The notes: generated from the sequence alone by a model not told the origin. A stretch of DNA of 24,000 nt from Pseudomonadota bacterium (GCA_036231525.1 JAZAGZ010000006.1:18187-42186), one strand, 5' to 3'; counted from the first letter of the stretch, positions 1 through 8,380 are shown. A program made the numbers and translations.

Positions 1-1
1 G

Positions 2-802
2 ACAAGAGGGAAACTAGTATCCCGAGTAATCACTACTACACTGGCATCTATTGTCCTCTTAGTAGGCTGGCAACTGGGCTCTCGATGGGAAACCGCAGAA
101 CCTGTTATCTCCGAAGGCGTTGCCACCCCAACAAATCAACTAGCCTCCCAACTCCAAGTGGGCACGGACTTTACGGGGGTTGCTGTGCAGCAAGAACGCA
201 TCATACTGGCCCAGAATGATGCTGCCTTAACATCAGACCAATTCCAGCTCGGCGCACATTACGACCGTCTTTCACCCACGCAACCAACCAGCTCCAGCCC
301 AGACCAAATTGAAGTTGCCGAGATTTTTTGGTACGGCTGCCCGCACTGCTACACCTTTGACCCGTATTTGGAAAGCTGGAAAACAAATCTGCCAGGGAAC
401 GTTAATTTCGTCCGAATCCCGGCAGTGTGGAATCCTCTTCTTCAGCTTCATGCCAGGGCTTTTTACACAGCTGAAGCCTTGGGTAAGAGTGAAGAAATGC
501 ATGTACCAATTTTTCGCGAGATCCATGTAAACCGTAATTTCCTAGATACGGAACAGTCACTTCAAGCTTTCTTTGAGCGGTTCGATGTGAGCTCTGAGGA
601 ATTTTCCAGTGCCTTCAACTCGTTCTCGGTGCATACAAAACTCCAGCGAGCTAACGAACTTTCTCGACGCTACCGCATCTCGAGCGTGCCTACTGTAATA
701 GTGAATGGGAAGTATTCAACCAGTGCCACAAAAGCTGGCGGCTATGAGACGTTAATGGATCTCATAGATGAGCTGATAGCATCAGAAGCCGCTGAAAACT
801 AG
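2..802 (+). CDS. dsbA: Thiol:disulfide interchange protein DsbA (5' end probably lies outside the window)
   Basis: CPHC thioredoxin-fold active site in 'EIFWYGCPHCY' and a DsbA-like C-terminal 'SVPTVIVNGKY'. The reading frame (phase of nt 2) stays open to the window edge. It encodes a basic plus hydrophobic stretch (RGKLVSRVITTTLASIVLLVGW) that looks like a signal peptide or anchor. The track's GTG start at 158 would give a periplasmic oxidoreductase with no export signal. No ATG/GTG/TTG lies upstream of the hydrophobic stretch inside the window. Confidence 0.85.
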   Translation, partial: TRGKLVSRVITTTLASIVLLVGWQLGSRWETAEPVISEGVATPTNQLASQLQVGTDFTGVAVQQERIILAQNDAALTSDQFQLGAHYDRLSPTQPTSSSPDQIEVAEIFWYGCPHCYTFDPYLESWKTNLPGNVNFVRIPAVWNPLLQLHARAFYTAEALGKSEEMHVPIFREIHVNRNFLDTEQSLQAFFERFDVSSEEFSSAFNSFSVHTKLQRANELSRRYRISSVPTVIVNGKYSTSATKAGGYETLMDLIDELIASEAAEN

Positions 803-878
803 AAAGAATCACTACAGTCGAATAAACCGTCCTAGTATGGGCAGCGCCCATCATTGGCGTGCATTGCCATGAGCCTTA

Positions 879-2027
879 CTAAAGTTTCAGGAGGCGATTA
901 GCCGCTTCTCTCAGTGTCGTGGGTTCCTTCGCAAAACAAAATCGAATGAGTTGCGCGTCGGGCGGGTTTTCATAAAACACGGAAATAGGAATAACGGCAA
1001 CGCGATGTTCAACTGTCAACCAACGCGCAAACTCCATATCAGACCGATTAGAAATTTTACTGTAGTCCGCCAACTGAAAATAAGTCCCTCGAGAAGGCTT
1101 CATTTCAAACCCTGAAGGATTCATTAAATCGATAAACAGATTCCTCTTCTCTTCGTAGAAAGCGCCGAGCTCGAGGTAATGTTCAGGGCGCTCGATCAAG
1201 TAATCAGCCAACGCGTACTGTAGCGGAGTGGTCGTTGTATAAGTGTTAAATTGGTGGACACCCCTGAGCTCTACTGACAGCTCTCTCGGTGCAACACAAT
1301 AGCCAACTTTCCACCCAGTAGCATGATAGATTTTGCCAAACGAGAATACGGCAAAACTACGTGCGGCTAATTCTTCATTCTCTAACACACTAGCATGCCG
1401 CTGCTCGTCGAAAATGATGTGCTCGTAGACCTCATCGCTGAGCACAAAGGTTTCGTAAGGTCTAAGAACGTTAGCAAGCCTTTGTATATCATCGCAGGTC
1501 AGCAACGAACCTGTTGGATTGTGCGGAGAATTAATTATCACAAGCCGGGTTCTCTCATTCAGCCGCTGTTTCAAACAATCCCAGTCGATTTCAAATCGCG
1601 GGGGTAGCAACGGAATGTGTATTGGCACAGCGCCAGCCAATCGGATAGCAGGATCGTATGAGTCGTAGGATGGATCAAAAACTATTACTTCCTCACCACT
1701 TCGAACAACCGCGTGTATGGCACAAAAAAGCGCCTCCGTCGCACCGCTTGTAACCGTGACCTCTTCTACCGGATCGGGTTGGGCGCCGTAGAGTTGGCTA
1801 ATTTTTTCGGCAATCCGCTCACGGAGAACTGCCACCCCGGTCATTGGGGCGTACTGATTATGTCCTGCAGCCAGATGATGGCTTACCCGGTCTAAAAGCT
1901 CCTCTGGTGGCTGAAAATCAGGGAACCCTTGGGACAAGTTAATAGCATTATAATCCTCAGAAAGCTGTGACATGACTGTAAAAATACTGGTTCCCGCGCC
2001 CGGCAGTTTACTTGATGGAATCTGCAT
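879..2027 (-). CDS. Class I/II PLP-dependent aminotransferase, YbdL/methionine-aminotransferase-like
   Basis: Family motifs 'LSQGFPDF', 'NSPHNPTG' and the PLP-lysine context 'SFGKIYHATGWKVGY'. 382 aa is typical for the family. The start lies only 6 nt after the OPT stop. Confidence 0.85.
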   Translation of the reverse strand: MQIPSSKLPGAGTSIFTVMSQLSEDYNAINLSQGFPDFQPPEELLDRVSHHLAAGHNQYAPMTGVAVLRERIAEKISQLYGAQPDPVEEVTVTSGATEALFCAIHAVVRSGEEVIVFDPSYDSYDPAIRLAGAVPIHIPLLPPRFEIDWDCLKQRLNERTRLVIINSPHNPTGSLLTCDDIQRLANVLRPYETFVLSDEVYEHIIFDEQRHASVLENEELAARSFAVFSFGKIYHATGWKVGYCVAPRELSVELRGVHQFNTYTTTTPLQYALADYLIERPEHYLELGAFYEEKRNLFIDLMNPSGFEMKPSRGTYFQLADYSKISNRSDMEFARWLTVEHRVAVIPISVFYENPPDAQLIRFCFAKEPTTLREAANRLLKL

Positions 2028-2033
2028 GGTCCG

Positions 2034-3956
2034 TCAGCCGCTAGCCCCACCCCGAGTAGCCACTTTGTACAGATAAGCCACAAGAGCAGCGATGACAATC
2101 AGTCCAATCCCACTCGGTAACTCCACTGATAGCCGAATAACATCCGGGTTACCAGTTACGACGATGGGAACAGCAATAAAGATGCCGACCAATGCTTCTC
2201 CGGTTATCAAGCCAGAGGCAACTAAGGTGCCGTTTCGAAACGCTGTTTGATCATCCACCTTCGCCTGGCGATTCCGTTTAGCGAAGTGAGCAACCAACCC
2301 GCCCACAAGTATCGCCGTCGACAGTTGCAATGGCAGATAGATCCCAACCGCCACCGCTAAAACCGGTGCCCGCCAACTCGATTTCCGGGCCTTAAGGGTC
2401 TCATCAAGAATGATAATTACAATACCTATAATGCTCCCCATGATGACCATGTCCCAGGGCAAACCGGAACCAAAGACGCCTTCTGCCACCGAAGCCATTA
2501 AAGTCGCCTGGGGCGCTAATAGTGCGTTAGGCCGCGCGGCAGTAGGGGCACCGATACCGTAAGCTTCCAAAAGAAGATTCAAAATAGGCGCGATAACCAA
2601 TACAGCCGAAACAACCCCCACGCCCTGCATCAGTTGTTGACGCCAAGGCGTTGCGCCCACGAGGTACCCAGCTTTGAGATCTTGCATGTTGTCGCCCGCG
2701 ATTGCCGCCGCACAACACACTACGGCACCCACCATAATTGCAGCAGCCGGCCCAACTTCGGCGTCTCCACCCATCAGCCACACAAGTAAAAACGAGGTGA
2801 AGAGTATGGTAGCAATGGTAATGCCAGATATGGGGTTGTTGGAGGACCCGACGAGTCCCGCCATATAAGCTGCAACGGATGAAAACAGAAAGCCTGTGAT
2901 CATCATGATGAATGTCATTGCGAGCGCAACGCCCAGCATGCCCACAATGACCTGATATAGAAAAAAGATCGGGATGATAAGAAGAGCGATCCCCCACAGA
3001 ACCAATTTCATTGGGGCGTCGTGTTGCGCGTGATTGTAAATAGTGTCAGCGCGGACGTTTTGGGGCTTCAACCCGCTCGTTATTCCGGAGATAAGTGAGC
3101 CACGCATGGAAACTAGAGCCCAGATACCTCCGATTAGCATGGCACCAACACCCAAATAACGGATCTTAGAGGTCCAAATACTAAAAGCCAGATCTGCAGC
3201 GCTCATCCCCGCAGCGTAATTCGCGAGCAATGAAGGATCCCTCTCCAGAAACAAAGTGGAATAAATTGGAATTGCTATATACCAGGAGATCGCGCCACCC
3301 AGGAACACGAGTACAGCGATATTCAGTCCAACAATGAATCCCACACTTATCAGAGCAGGCGAGAGATTAATTCCCACGTACGCAATGGTGCTTGACCCCA
3401 CATAAGCTGCGGCTTGAGTTGCACCTGTCCAGAGCCGTAATCCAGTTTCTGCTAGCTTGACAAGCGCCCCAAGAACAGCGGCGATCGCAAGAAACTTAGC
3501 CCCCTGAGATGGGTTCGCTCCAACTTTCAGAACTTCCGCAGTCGCCGTGCCCTCCGGGTACGAAAGCTGCTCTTCAACGATAAGCGAACGGCGTAACGGT
3601 ACCGTAAAACATACTCCCAACAACCCACCTAATCCGGCAATAACGCTAACCCATGCATACTCAAAGACGTCCCAGTAGCCAAGAATAATCAATGCGGGGA
3701 AAGTAAAAATTACGCCCGCTGCCAGAGACTCTCCCGCAGAAGCAGCCGTCTGAACAATATTGTTCTCTAGAATATTCGACTCCTTAAAGAGCCTTAGAAT
3801 CGCCATGGAAATCACGGCCGCTGGGATAGACGCCGAGACGGTCAACCCTGCAAACAGCCCGAGATAAGCGTTGGCTCCCGCCAGTACCATGGACAACAAC
3901 AACCCTAAGAGAATGGCTTTCAGGGTTAACTGAGGAAGAGGTGCGGCTACTGACAT
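2034..3956 (-). CDS. OPT-family oligopeptide transporter
   Basis: 640-aa polytopic membrane protein. The N-terminus 'LTLKAILLGLLLSMVLAGANAYLGLFAGLTVSASIPAAVISMAILR' matches my recollection of bacterial OPT-superfamily transporters. Length is appropriate. Confidence 0.8.
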   Translation of the reverse strand: MSVAAPLPQLTLKAILLGLLLSMVLAGANAYLGLFAGLTVSASIPAAVISMAILRLFKESNILENNIVQTAASAGESLAAGVIFTFPALIILGYWDVFEYAWVSVIAGLGGLLGVCFTVPLRRSLIVEEQLSYPEGTATAEVLKVGANPSQGAKFLAIAAVLGALVKLAETGLRLWTGATQAAAYVGSSTIAYVGINLSPALISVGFIVGLNIAVLVFLGGAISWYIAIPIYSTLFLERDPSLLANYAAGMSAADLAFSIWTSKIRYLGVGAMLIGGIWALVSMRGSLISGITSGLKPQNVRADTIYNHAQHDAPMKLVLWGIALLIIPIFFLYQVIVGMLGVALAMTFIMMITGFLFSSVAAYMAGLVGSSNNPISGITIATILFTSFLLVWLMGGDAEVGPAAAIMVGAVVCCAAAIAGDNMQDLKAGYLVGATPWRQQLMQGVGVVSAVLVIAPILNLLLEAYGIGAPTAARPNALLAPQATLMASVAEGVFGSGLPWDMVIMGSIIGIVIIILDETLKARKSSWRAPVLAVAVGIYLPLQLSTAILVGGLVAHFAKRNRQAKVDDQTAFRNGTLVASGLITGEALVGIFIAVPIVVTGNPDVIRLSVELPSGIGLIVIAALVAYLYKVATRGGASG

Positions 3957-4019
3957 CAGAGAATTTTTGTCTGTCTTTTTTTATAGTTCTTCAGGTTCGA
4001 AACCAACAACGAGAGTAGC

Positions 4020-4032
4020 GCCCGGATCGGGC
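4020..4032 (-). terminator. Weak candidate intrinsic terminator between the POT and OPT genes
   Basis: GCCCG-GAT-CGGGC hairpin (5-bp GC stem) 7 nt after the POT stop. On the minus strand it is followed by a moderately U-rich tail (GCUACUCUCGUUGUUGGUUUCG). The stem is short and there is no clean U-tract. Confidence 0.25.
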
Positions 4033-4038
4033 AAAGCA

Positions 4039-5541
4039 CTAACGAACGCCTCCCGACAGCCGCTTAAGAGGACCGGATGCCAGCATCAAAATAAGTCCGG
4101 CTCCAACCATCATCACCACAAGCTGCAAATATAGATTGGGCATTTCCTCCACAGCATCTGCTCTGAATTCACCAGCAAAGAGTCCCGCTAGAATGCTACC
4201 CAAGGACAATGACAAGAACCACACCCCTAACATTTGGCCTACTAGTCGCCGCGGCGCGAGTTTTGTGACAGCGCTCATGCCCACAGGGCTCAGAGCCAAC
4301 TCTCCCATCGTAAGTAAGAGATACGTGAATATCAGCCATGCTGGTAGTACCTGTTGTCCTGCTGCGACGAGTGCTGCGGCTCCGATCATTACGGCGAAGG
4401 CTAACCCAAGAATCACTAACCCAATCGCAAGCTTTATCGGTGAACTGGGATCCAAGTGACGTCTGGCAAGCCCCACCCATAGCATTGAATAGAGTGGACC
4501 TAGCAAAATGATGAATGCTGGATTCAGAGACTGGAACCAACTGGCGGGAATCACAAACCCACCAAACTCTCTGATCGTGTAACGATCGGCAAATAAGTTT
4601 AACGATGATCCCGCCTGCTCAGAACCAACCCAGAATACTGTCGCGGCGCTAATCAGGACGAAAATCACAATTACCTTGCCGCGCTCCTCGGTAGTCAATC
4701 CACTGAAAGCAAAGATATACCCAAAATATAATACGGCAACTGCAACGATGGCATACGTGGCAGCTTGAGCTAGCCTTATCGCATCGTACCGCAACCACCC
4801 CAGCAAACCAGCGACTAGCAAGCACGCGACCAGAAATACGCTGATTCCAATACTCAGCCACGCCTTACGCTTGAAGCCATCACTTGGTGCAACTGATGGA
4901 TCAGGTCCTCTTCCAGCCTTTCCTAGATAGTGGCGTGTCAGACGAAACTGGACCAAACCGAACAACATCCCAACCCCTGCCGCTGCAAATCCGTAATGCC
5001 AGTTCTGCAGTGCCAACCATCCACAAGCTAGCGGACCCAATGCAGCCCCTAAGTTGATTCCCATATAGAAAATTGTAAATCCACTATCGCGACGCGGGTC
5101 CCCTGGTTCGTAGAGTTCACCCACAATCGCGGTGATATTAGGTTTGAGAAGACCAGTGCCAAGAACAATGACGATGAGTCCCAAAAAAAATATTGAGTTG
5201 CTAGGGATAGCAAGAATGAAATGGCCGCACATAATGATGATGCCGCCGACCCACACCGCACGTTGAGCGCCTATAAGTCGATCGGCAATCCACCCGCCCG
5301 GAAGAGATCCGAGAAAAGCGGCTGCAGTATAGAGACCGTAGATGGATGTTGCTGTCTGATCGGAAAACCCAAGTCCACCATCCTCAACTGCGGCAACCAT
5401 GAATAGCACCAATAGTGCCCGCATACCGTAGTAGCTGAAACGTTCCCACATTTCTGTCATGAACAGGGTCGCGAGACCTCTAGGATGACCTAGAAGCGTA
5501 CCCGGCTCAGTACGGGCTATCCCCGCGCTACTATAGGGCAT
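4039..5541 (-). CDS. POT/PTR2-family proton-dependent di/tripeptide transporter (DtpT/DtpA-like)
   Basis: PTR2 signatures 'WERFSYYGMRALLVLF' and 'GGWIADRLIG'. 500-aa MFS-type protein with about 14 hydrophobic segments. Confidence 0.9.
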   Translation of the reverse strand: MPYSSAGIARTEPGTLLGHPRGLATLFMTEMWERFSYYGMRALLVLFMVAAVEDGGLGFSDQTATSIYGLYTAAAFLGSLPGGWIADRLIGAQRAVWVGGIIIMCGHFILAIPSNSIFFLGLIVIVLGTGLLKPNITAIVGELYEPGDPRRDSGFTIFYMGINLGAALGPLACGWLALQNWHYGFAAAGVGMLFGLVQFRLTRHYLGKAGRGPDPSVAPSDGFKRKAWLSIGISVFLVACLLVAGLLGWLRYDAIRLAQAATYAIVAVAVLYFGYIFAFSGLTTEERGKVIVIFVLISAATVFWVGSEQAGSSLNLFADRYTIREFGGFVIPASWFQSLNPAFIILLGPLYSMLWVGLARRHLDPSSPIKLAIGLVILGLAFAVMIGAAALVAAGQQVLPAWLIFTYLLLTMGELALSPVGMSAVTKLAPRRLVGQMLGVWFLSLSLGSILAGLFAGEFRADAVEEMPNLYLQLVVMMVGAGLILMLASGPLKRLSGGVR

Positions 5542-5549
5542 TCACTTAA

Positions 5550-6341
5550 TCACTCGTCAGGGGCTTTTTCTTCCTGAGAATCTTCTAGGGGGGCACTCCC
5601 CAGCCCAAGGACTTTCGCAAGTACAAGTCCACTCTCATAGAGAAGATACACTGGCACGGCCAGAAGGGTCTGGGATATGGCATCCGGCGGCGTTAATAGC
5701 ATCCCCATCACGAACGCTCCAAGAAAAACAAAGGCTCTAGCCTTTTTCAACGTCTTAATAGAGACCAGCCCACTCCAGACCAACATAACGGTTGCAATCG
5801 GAACTTCGAAAGCTATTCCGAAAGCAAAGAAAATGGTCAGAATAAAATCTAGATAGGCGCTGATGTCTGTCATCATTGTGACGCCCTCTGGGGAAACTGT
5901 CGCAAAGAAAGCAAACATCAAAGGGAAAACAACAAAGTATGCAAACGCAACACCCGCGTAGAACAGTAAGATACTTGATAGCAGCAATGGAAAAGCAAAA
6001 CGCTTCTCCTTCCGGTACAACCCCGGAGCAACGAACCCCCATAGCTGATACAGAATCACTGGCATCGATAAGAACACCGCTACGAAAAGACTCATTTTGA
6101 ACGGTGTCAGAAAAGGAGAGGCAACCTGCGTAGCTATCATGGTAGCCCCTTCCGGGAGACGATCCATCAAGGGCGTAGCGATCAACGTAAAAATTCTTTC
6201 AGCGAAAGGAATCAAACATATAAAAATCAGCAATATAGACAATGCTGATCTGATGAGACAGGTTCGCAGTTCTACCAGATGAGATACCAAGGTACCCTCG
6301 GCAAGCTGTTCCTCGCCTTCCTGAATGCTTTCCGGACTCAT
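5550..6341 (-). CDS. tatC: Twin-arginine translocase subunit TatC
   Basis: 'LVSHLVELRTCLIRS...' N-terminus, six hydrophobic helices, 263 aa. The start overlaps the tatB stop by 4 nt (ATGA). Confidence 0.95.
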   Translation of the reverse strand: MSPESIQEGEEQLAEGTLVSHLVELRTCLIRSALSILLIFICLIPFAERIFTLIATPLMDRLPEGATMIATQVASPFLTPFKMSLFVAVFLSMPVILYQLWGFVAPGLYRKEKRFAFPLLLSSILLFYAGVAFAYFVVFPLMFAFFATVSPEGVTMMTDISAYLDFILTIFFAFGIAFEVPIATVMLVWSGLVSIKTLKKARAFVFLGAFVMGMLLTPPDAISQTLLAVPVYLLYESGLVLAKVLGLGSAPLEDSQEEKAPDE

Positions 6342-6784
6342 GGGTTCTTTGACGGTTTCTTGGCCGCTTTTTCACTCTCAGAGATATGCTCGGGGGAGGC
6401 GATGCGGTTCTCTTGCGCCGACCTTTCATCACTGGTTTCTTCCCCATCGACTGAATCGCTTGACCGAGGAGAAACAGGAGCATGCTCTTTAATTTCTTCG
6501 GTAGAGACAGTATCTGATGAATCCGTCGCCATCGATGCTTCATCAGTCGATTTAGACTGATCTGCCGAACGAGTATGAGGCGCAGGAGGTGGGCGCTTTT
6601 GATTCATATATTCATCAAGCTCGATCTCCCGCTGAAGCTGTCGACGGAGTTGGTTTGCAGTTCTCCGTGCCCGCCCGACCCAGCGACCAATCTGTGCTGC
6701 AACGCGCGGCATGCGCTCTGGGCCCAATATCATTAGCCCTACACCAAAGATTAGGATGAGCTCCCAGAAACCGACGTCGAACAT
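6338..6784 (-). CDS. tatB: Twin-arginine translocase subunit TatB
   Basis: '[26 protein letters not shown]' matches the TatB N-terminal helix-hinge-amphipathic motif. The C-terminal tail is acidic and Ser-rich. The start shares 1 nt with the tatA stop (TAATG). Confidence 0.9.
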   Translation of the reverse strand: MFDVGFWELILIFGVGLMILGPERMPRVAAQIGRWVGRARRTANQLRRQLQREIELDEYMNQKRPPPAPHTRSADQSKSTDEASMATDSSDTVSTEEIKEHAPVSPRSSDSVDGEETSDERSAQENRIASPEHISESEKAAKKPSKNP

Positions 6785-7050
6785 TAGCTCTCGCTGCTCT
6801 GGCTCTTATCCTTCTGCTCAGCGAACTCAGCATCGGGCTCTCCCACTTCCAACGGCGGGCTCAGCTGATCCGATGTATCCGCAGTAGCATCAGCGTCGTC
6901 ATCGTTATCGTTATCCATAGCTTTGCGGAAACTTTTAAGCGCTCCGCCCAAATCACCGCCTACCGACTTTAGCCGCTTAGTGCCAAATATCAGCAAAACG
7001 ATTAGCAGTACGATCAGCAACTGCCAAAGGCTTATCCCACCAACTCCCAT
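6784..7050 (-). CDS. tatA: Twin-arginine translocase subunit TatA
   Basis: '[41 protein letters not shown]' is the canonical TatA/E motif. A GGAG Shine-Dalgarno lies upstream. Confidence 0.9.
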   Translation of the reverse strand: MGVGGISLWQLLIVLLIVLLIFGTKRLKSVGGDLGGALKSFRKAMDNDNDDDADATADTSDQLSPPLEVGEPDAEFAEQKDKSQSSES

Positions 7051-7116
7051 CTCAAATCTCCAATACAGAATCTAGGGGCTAATAATACGCGAAAGCTGTC
7101 TTTCGGCACCGAATAG

Positions 7117-7566
7117 CTAAGCGTCAGGGGACACATGAAGCAAAAAAGTCACGGGCCCCTCATTGCTGAGATTCACCTGCATTGTGGCTCCAAATCTTCC
7201 CGCGACCACTGGCACCCCCACACCCTGACCTAACCTGACGAGTTCCTCAAACAACTTCCGGCCCAAGTCAGGGGCAGCTGCCCGCGATAACCCAGGACGA
7301 TTCCCTTTTTGGGTATCCGCGGTCAGTGTGATCTGAGGCACCAAGAGAAGGCCGCCTCCCACCTCCCGGAGAGCGAGATTCATTCGGCCCTCCTGATCAG
7401 GAAATACGCGGTATGCCAGGAGTCTCTCTAACATTCGCTCTGCCTGAACGCTGCCGTCTCCGCGTTCAATGCCTATCATGACCAAAAGCCCGAGATCAAT
7501 CGAGGCGATGGTCTGAGCCTCCACCACTATGCTGGCTTGGCTAACTCGCTGCAGTAAGCCTATCAA
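7117..7566 (-). CDS. dtd: D-aminoacyl-tRNA (D-Tyr-tRNA) deacylase
   Basis: 'MIGLLQRVSQASIVVEAQ...GLLVMIGIERGD' aligns residue for residue with the E. coli Dtd N-terminus. 149 aa. The start codon is TTG, with an AGGGG Shine-Dalgarno 7 nt upstream. Confidence 0.92.
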   Translation of the reverse strand: MIGLLQRVSQASIVVEAQTIASIDLGLLVMIGIERGDGSVQAERMLERLLAYRVFPDQEGRMNLALREVGGGLLLVPQITLTADTQKGNRPGLSRAAAPDLGRKLFEELVRLGQGVGVPVVAGRFGATMQVNLSNEGPVTFLLHVSPDA

Positions 7567-7639
7567 ACGTCAGCCCCTTATCTTTTCGTGCCCGACTACT
7601 TTGAACAGCCCAGCATGAGTAAGCAACCATCGAGATACG

Positions 7640-7790
7640 AAAAAACCTTTAAAATATCCCCACTTTTAACTATTTATTAGATTAAAATAGATATAATTCA
7701 CCACTTTATATAATGTTCAGTAAAAGTGGGGTAATAATCCTAAAAATTTCACTTTTTACACGTCAAGTGGGATTTTTTTTCTTACACGCT
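7640..7790. promoter_or_regulatory. AT-rich divergent control region with a repeated CCACTTT / AAAGTGG motif
   Basis: Sits between divergent dtd (-) and azurin (+). Perfect 11-bp inverted repeat CCCCACTTTTA (7658-7668) / TAAAAGTGGGG (7721-7731). Related copies: CACCACTTTA (7699-7708), CACTTTTTA (7750-7758) and AAGTGGGA (7765-7772). Two TATAAT hexamers (7692-7697, 7709-7714) and a T8 run (7773-7780). The region is markedly more AT-rich than its flanks. Confidence 0.45.
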
Positions 7791-7898
7791 AGAAGGTTCC
7801 ACAATCAGATTACTCTTAACTCCCAGCCGTGATTTTCTACTTGATCTTTAGGTACCCATTACCGACCAGCCGCGGCTCTGATAACATGCGTGGCCAAG

Positions 7899-7916
7899 AT
7901 CCCAGGCCCCTGGGAT
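7899..7916 (+). promoter_or_regulatory. 18-bp palindrome/hairpin abutting the azurin ribosome-binding site
   Basis: ATCCCAGG-CC-CCTGGGAT has 8-bp perfect arms. The TAGGAG Shine-Dalgarno starts at its last base (7916-7921), and the azurin ATG is at 7931. Confidence 0.35.
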
Positions 7917-7930
7917 AGGAGTGGTCTTCT

Positions 7931-8380
7931 ATGAGAAAGCAACTTGCGGCAACGGCCTTTCTGGCCTGGGCTGCTCTCTATGGGACTGCGTGGGGACAAG
8001 AATGCTCGCAAACCATTGAGGGCAACGACCTCATACAGTACAACTTGGCGGAGATTCGTGTCAGCGCGGATTGTGGAGAGTTTACGGTTAATCTGAGGCA
8101 CGTGGGCCAGTTACCCGCAAATGTGATGGGTCATAACTGGGTACTAACAAGAACTGAAGATTACATGGCGGTAGCTGCTGCGGCTCAGGCAGTAGGGCCA
8201 CCCCAGTATTTACCGGACAGTGACCCCAGAATTATCGGTGCCACAAGTATGATTGGTGGCGGTGATGAGGTAACCGTTACCTTTGACATTTCTGAGCTTG
8301 AGGCGGGAGGCGACTACACGTATTTTTGCTCCTTTCCTGGCCATTACGTCCTCATGAATGGAAAATTCATCGTAGAATAA
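7931..8380 (+). CDS. azu: Azurin (type-1 blue copper protein), with Sec signal peptide
   Basis: Mature N-terminus 'ECSQTIEGND' compares with P. aeruginosa 'AECSVDIQGND'. 'NVMGHNWVL' carries the His ligand. 'FCSFPGHYVLMNG' carries the Cys, His and Met copper ligands. The Cys pair for the azurin disulfide is present. Signal peptide ends '...YGTAWG'. Confidence 0.93.
   Translation: MRKQLAATAFLAWAALYGTAWGQECSQTIEGNDLIQYNLAEIRVSADCGEFTVNLRHVGQLPANVMGHNWVLTRTEDYMAVAAAAQAVGPPQYLPDSDPRIIGATSMIGGGDEVTVTFDISELEAGGDYTYFCSFPGHYVLMNGKFIVE

Noticed and set aside
158-802. The track's GTG-158 start for DsbA
   Set aside because: It would produce a periplasmic oxidoreductase with no signal peptide. The frame is open upstream to the window edge and encodes a plausible signal or anchor, so I extended the feature to the edge as a 5'-partial CDS.
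837-851. Hairpin ATGGGC-AGC-GCCCAT between convergent dsbA and the aminotransferase, as a bidirectional terminator
   Set aside because: It has a 6-bp stem with a 3-nt loop and no U-tract on either strand. That is too weak to call.
2527-2997. 156-aa ORF, along with similar ORFs at 2674-2868, 4136-4459, 4196-4540, 4649-4861, 5049-5261 and 5755-6042, lying inside the transporter and tatC genes
   Set aside because: They are alternative-frame or antisense shadows wholly inside genes with strong family signatures. They have Arg/Ser/Cys/Gly-rich low-complexity composition, no ribosome-binding site and no recognisable motif.
6199-6543. 114-aa and 93-aa ORFs (6199-6543 minus, 6279-6560 plus) across the tatB/tatC junction, and 6615-6833
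   Set aside because: They overlap tatB and tatC, whose frames are confirmed by canonical motifs. Their composition (runs of Arg/Lys/Ser) is typical of off-frame translation.
7090-7105. Hairpin CGAAAG-CTGT-CTTTCG between dtd and tatA, as a terminator or attenuator
   Set aside because: The stem is an A/T-rich 6 bp of low predicted stability, followed by only a partly U-rich tail. Co-transcription of dtd with tatA seems equally likely.
7655-7708. DnaA-box-like strings (TATCCCCAC, ATTCACCAC) and the idea of a replication-related element
   Set aside because: Neither matches TTATCCACA without an insertion or mismatches. There is no dnaA/dnaN/gidA context and no 13-mer AT repeats.
7615-7832. Mini-ORFs in the AT-rich intergenic region (21 codons at 7615-7680, 39 codons at 7713-7832)
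   Set aside because: Neither has a Shine-Dalgarno. AT-rich sequence generates such ORFs by chance, and their codon content simply mirrors the A/T runs. They cannot be supported without conservation or ribosome-profiling data.
7841-7854. Possible FNR/ANR box (TTGATCTTTAGGTA) upstream of azurin
   Set aside because: Only the TTGAT half-site matches the TTGAT-N4-ATCAA consensus. The second half (AGGTA) does not match.
7859-8101. 80-aa minus-strand ORF overlapping the azurin start and leader
   Set aside because: It is antisense to a confidently identified azurin gene. It has no Shine-Dalgarno, no motif and an Arg/Pro/Ser-rich sequence.
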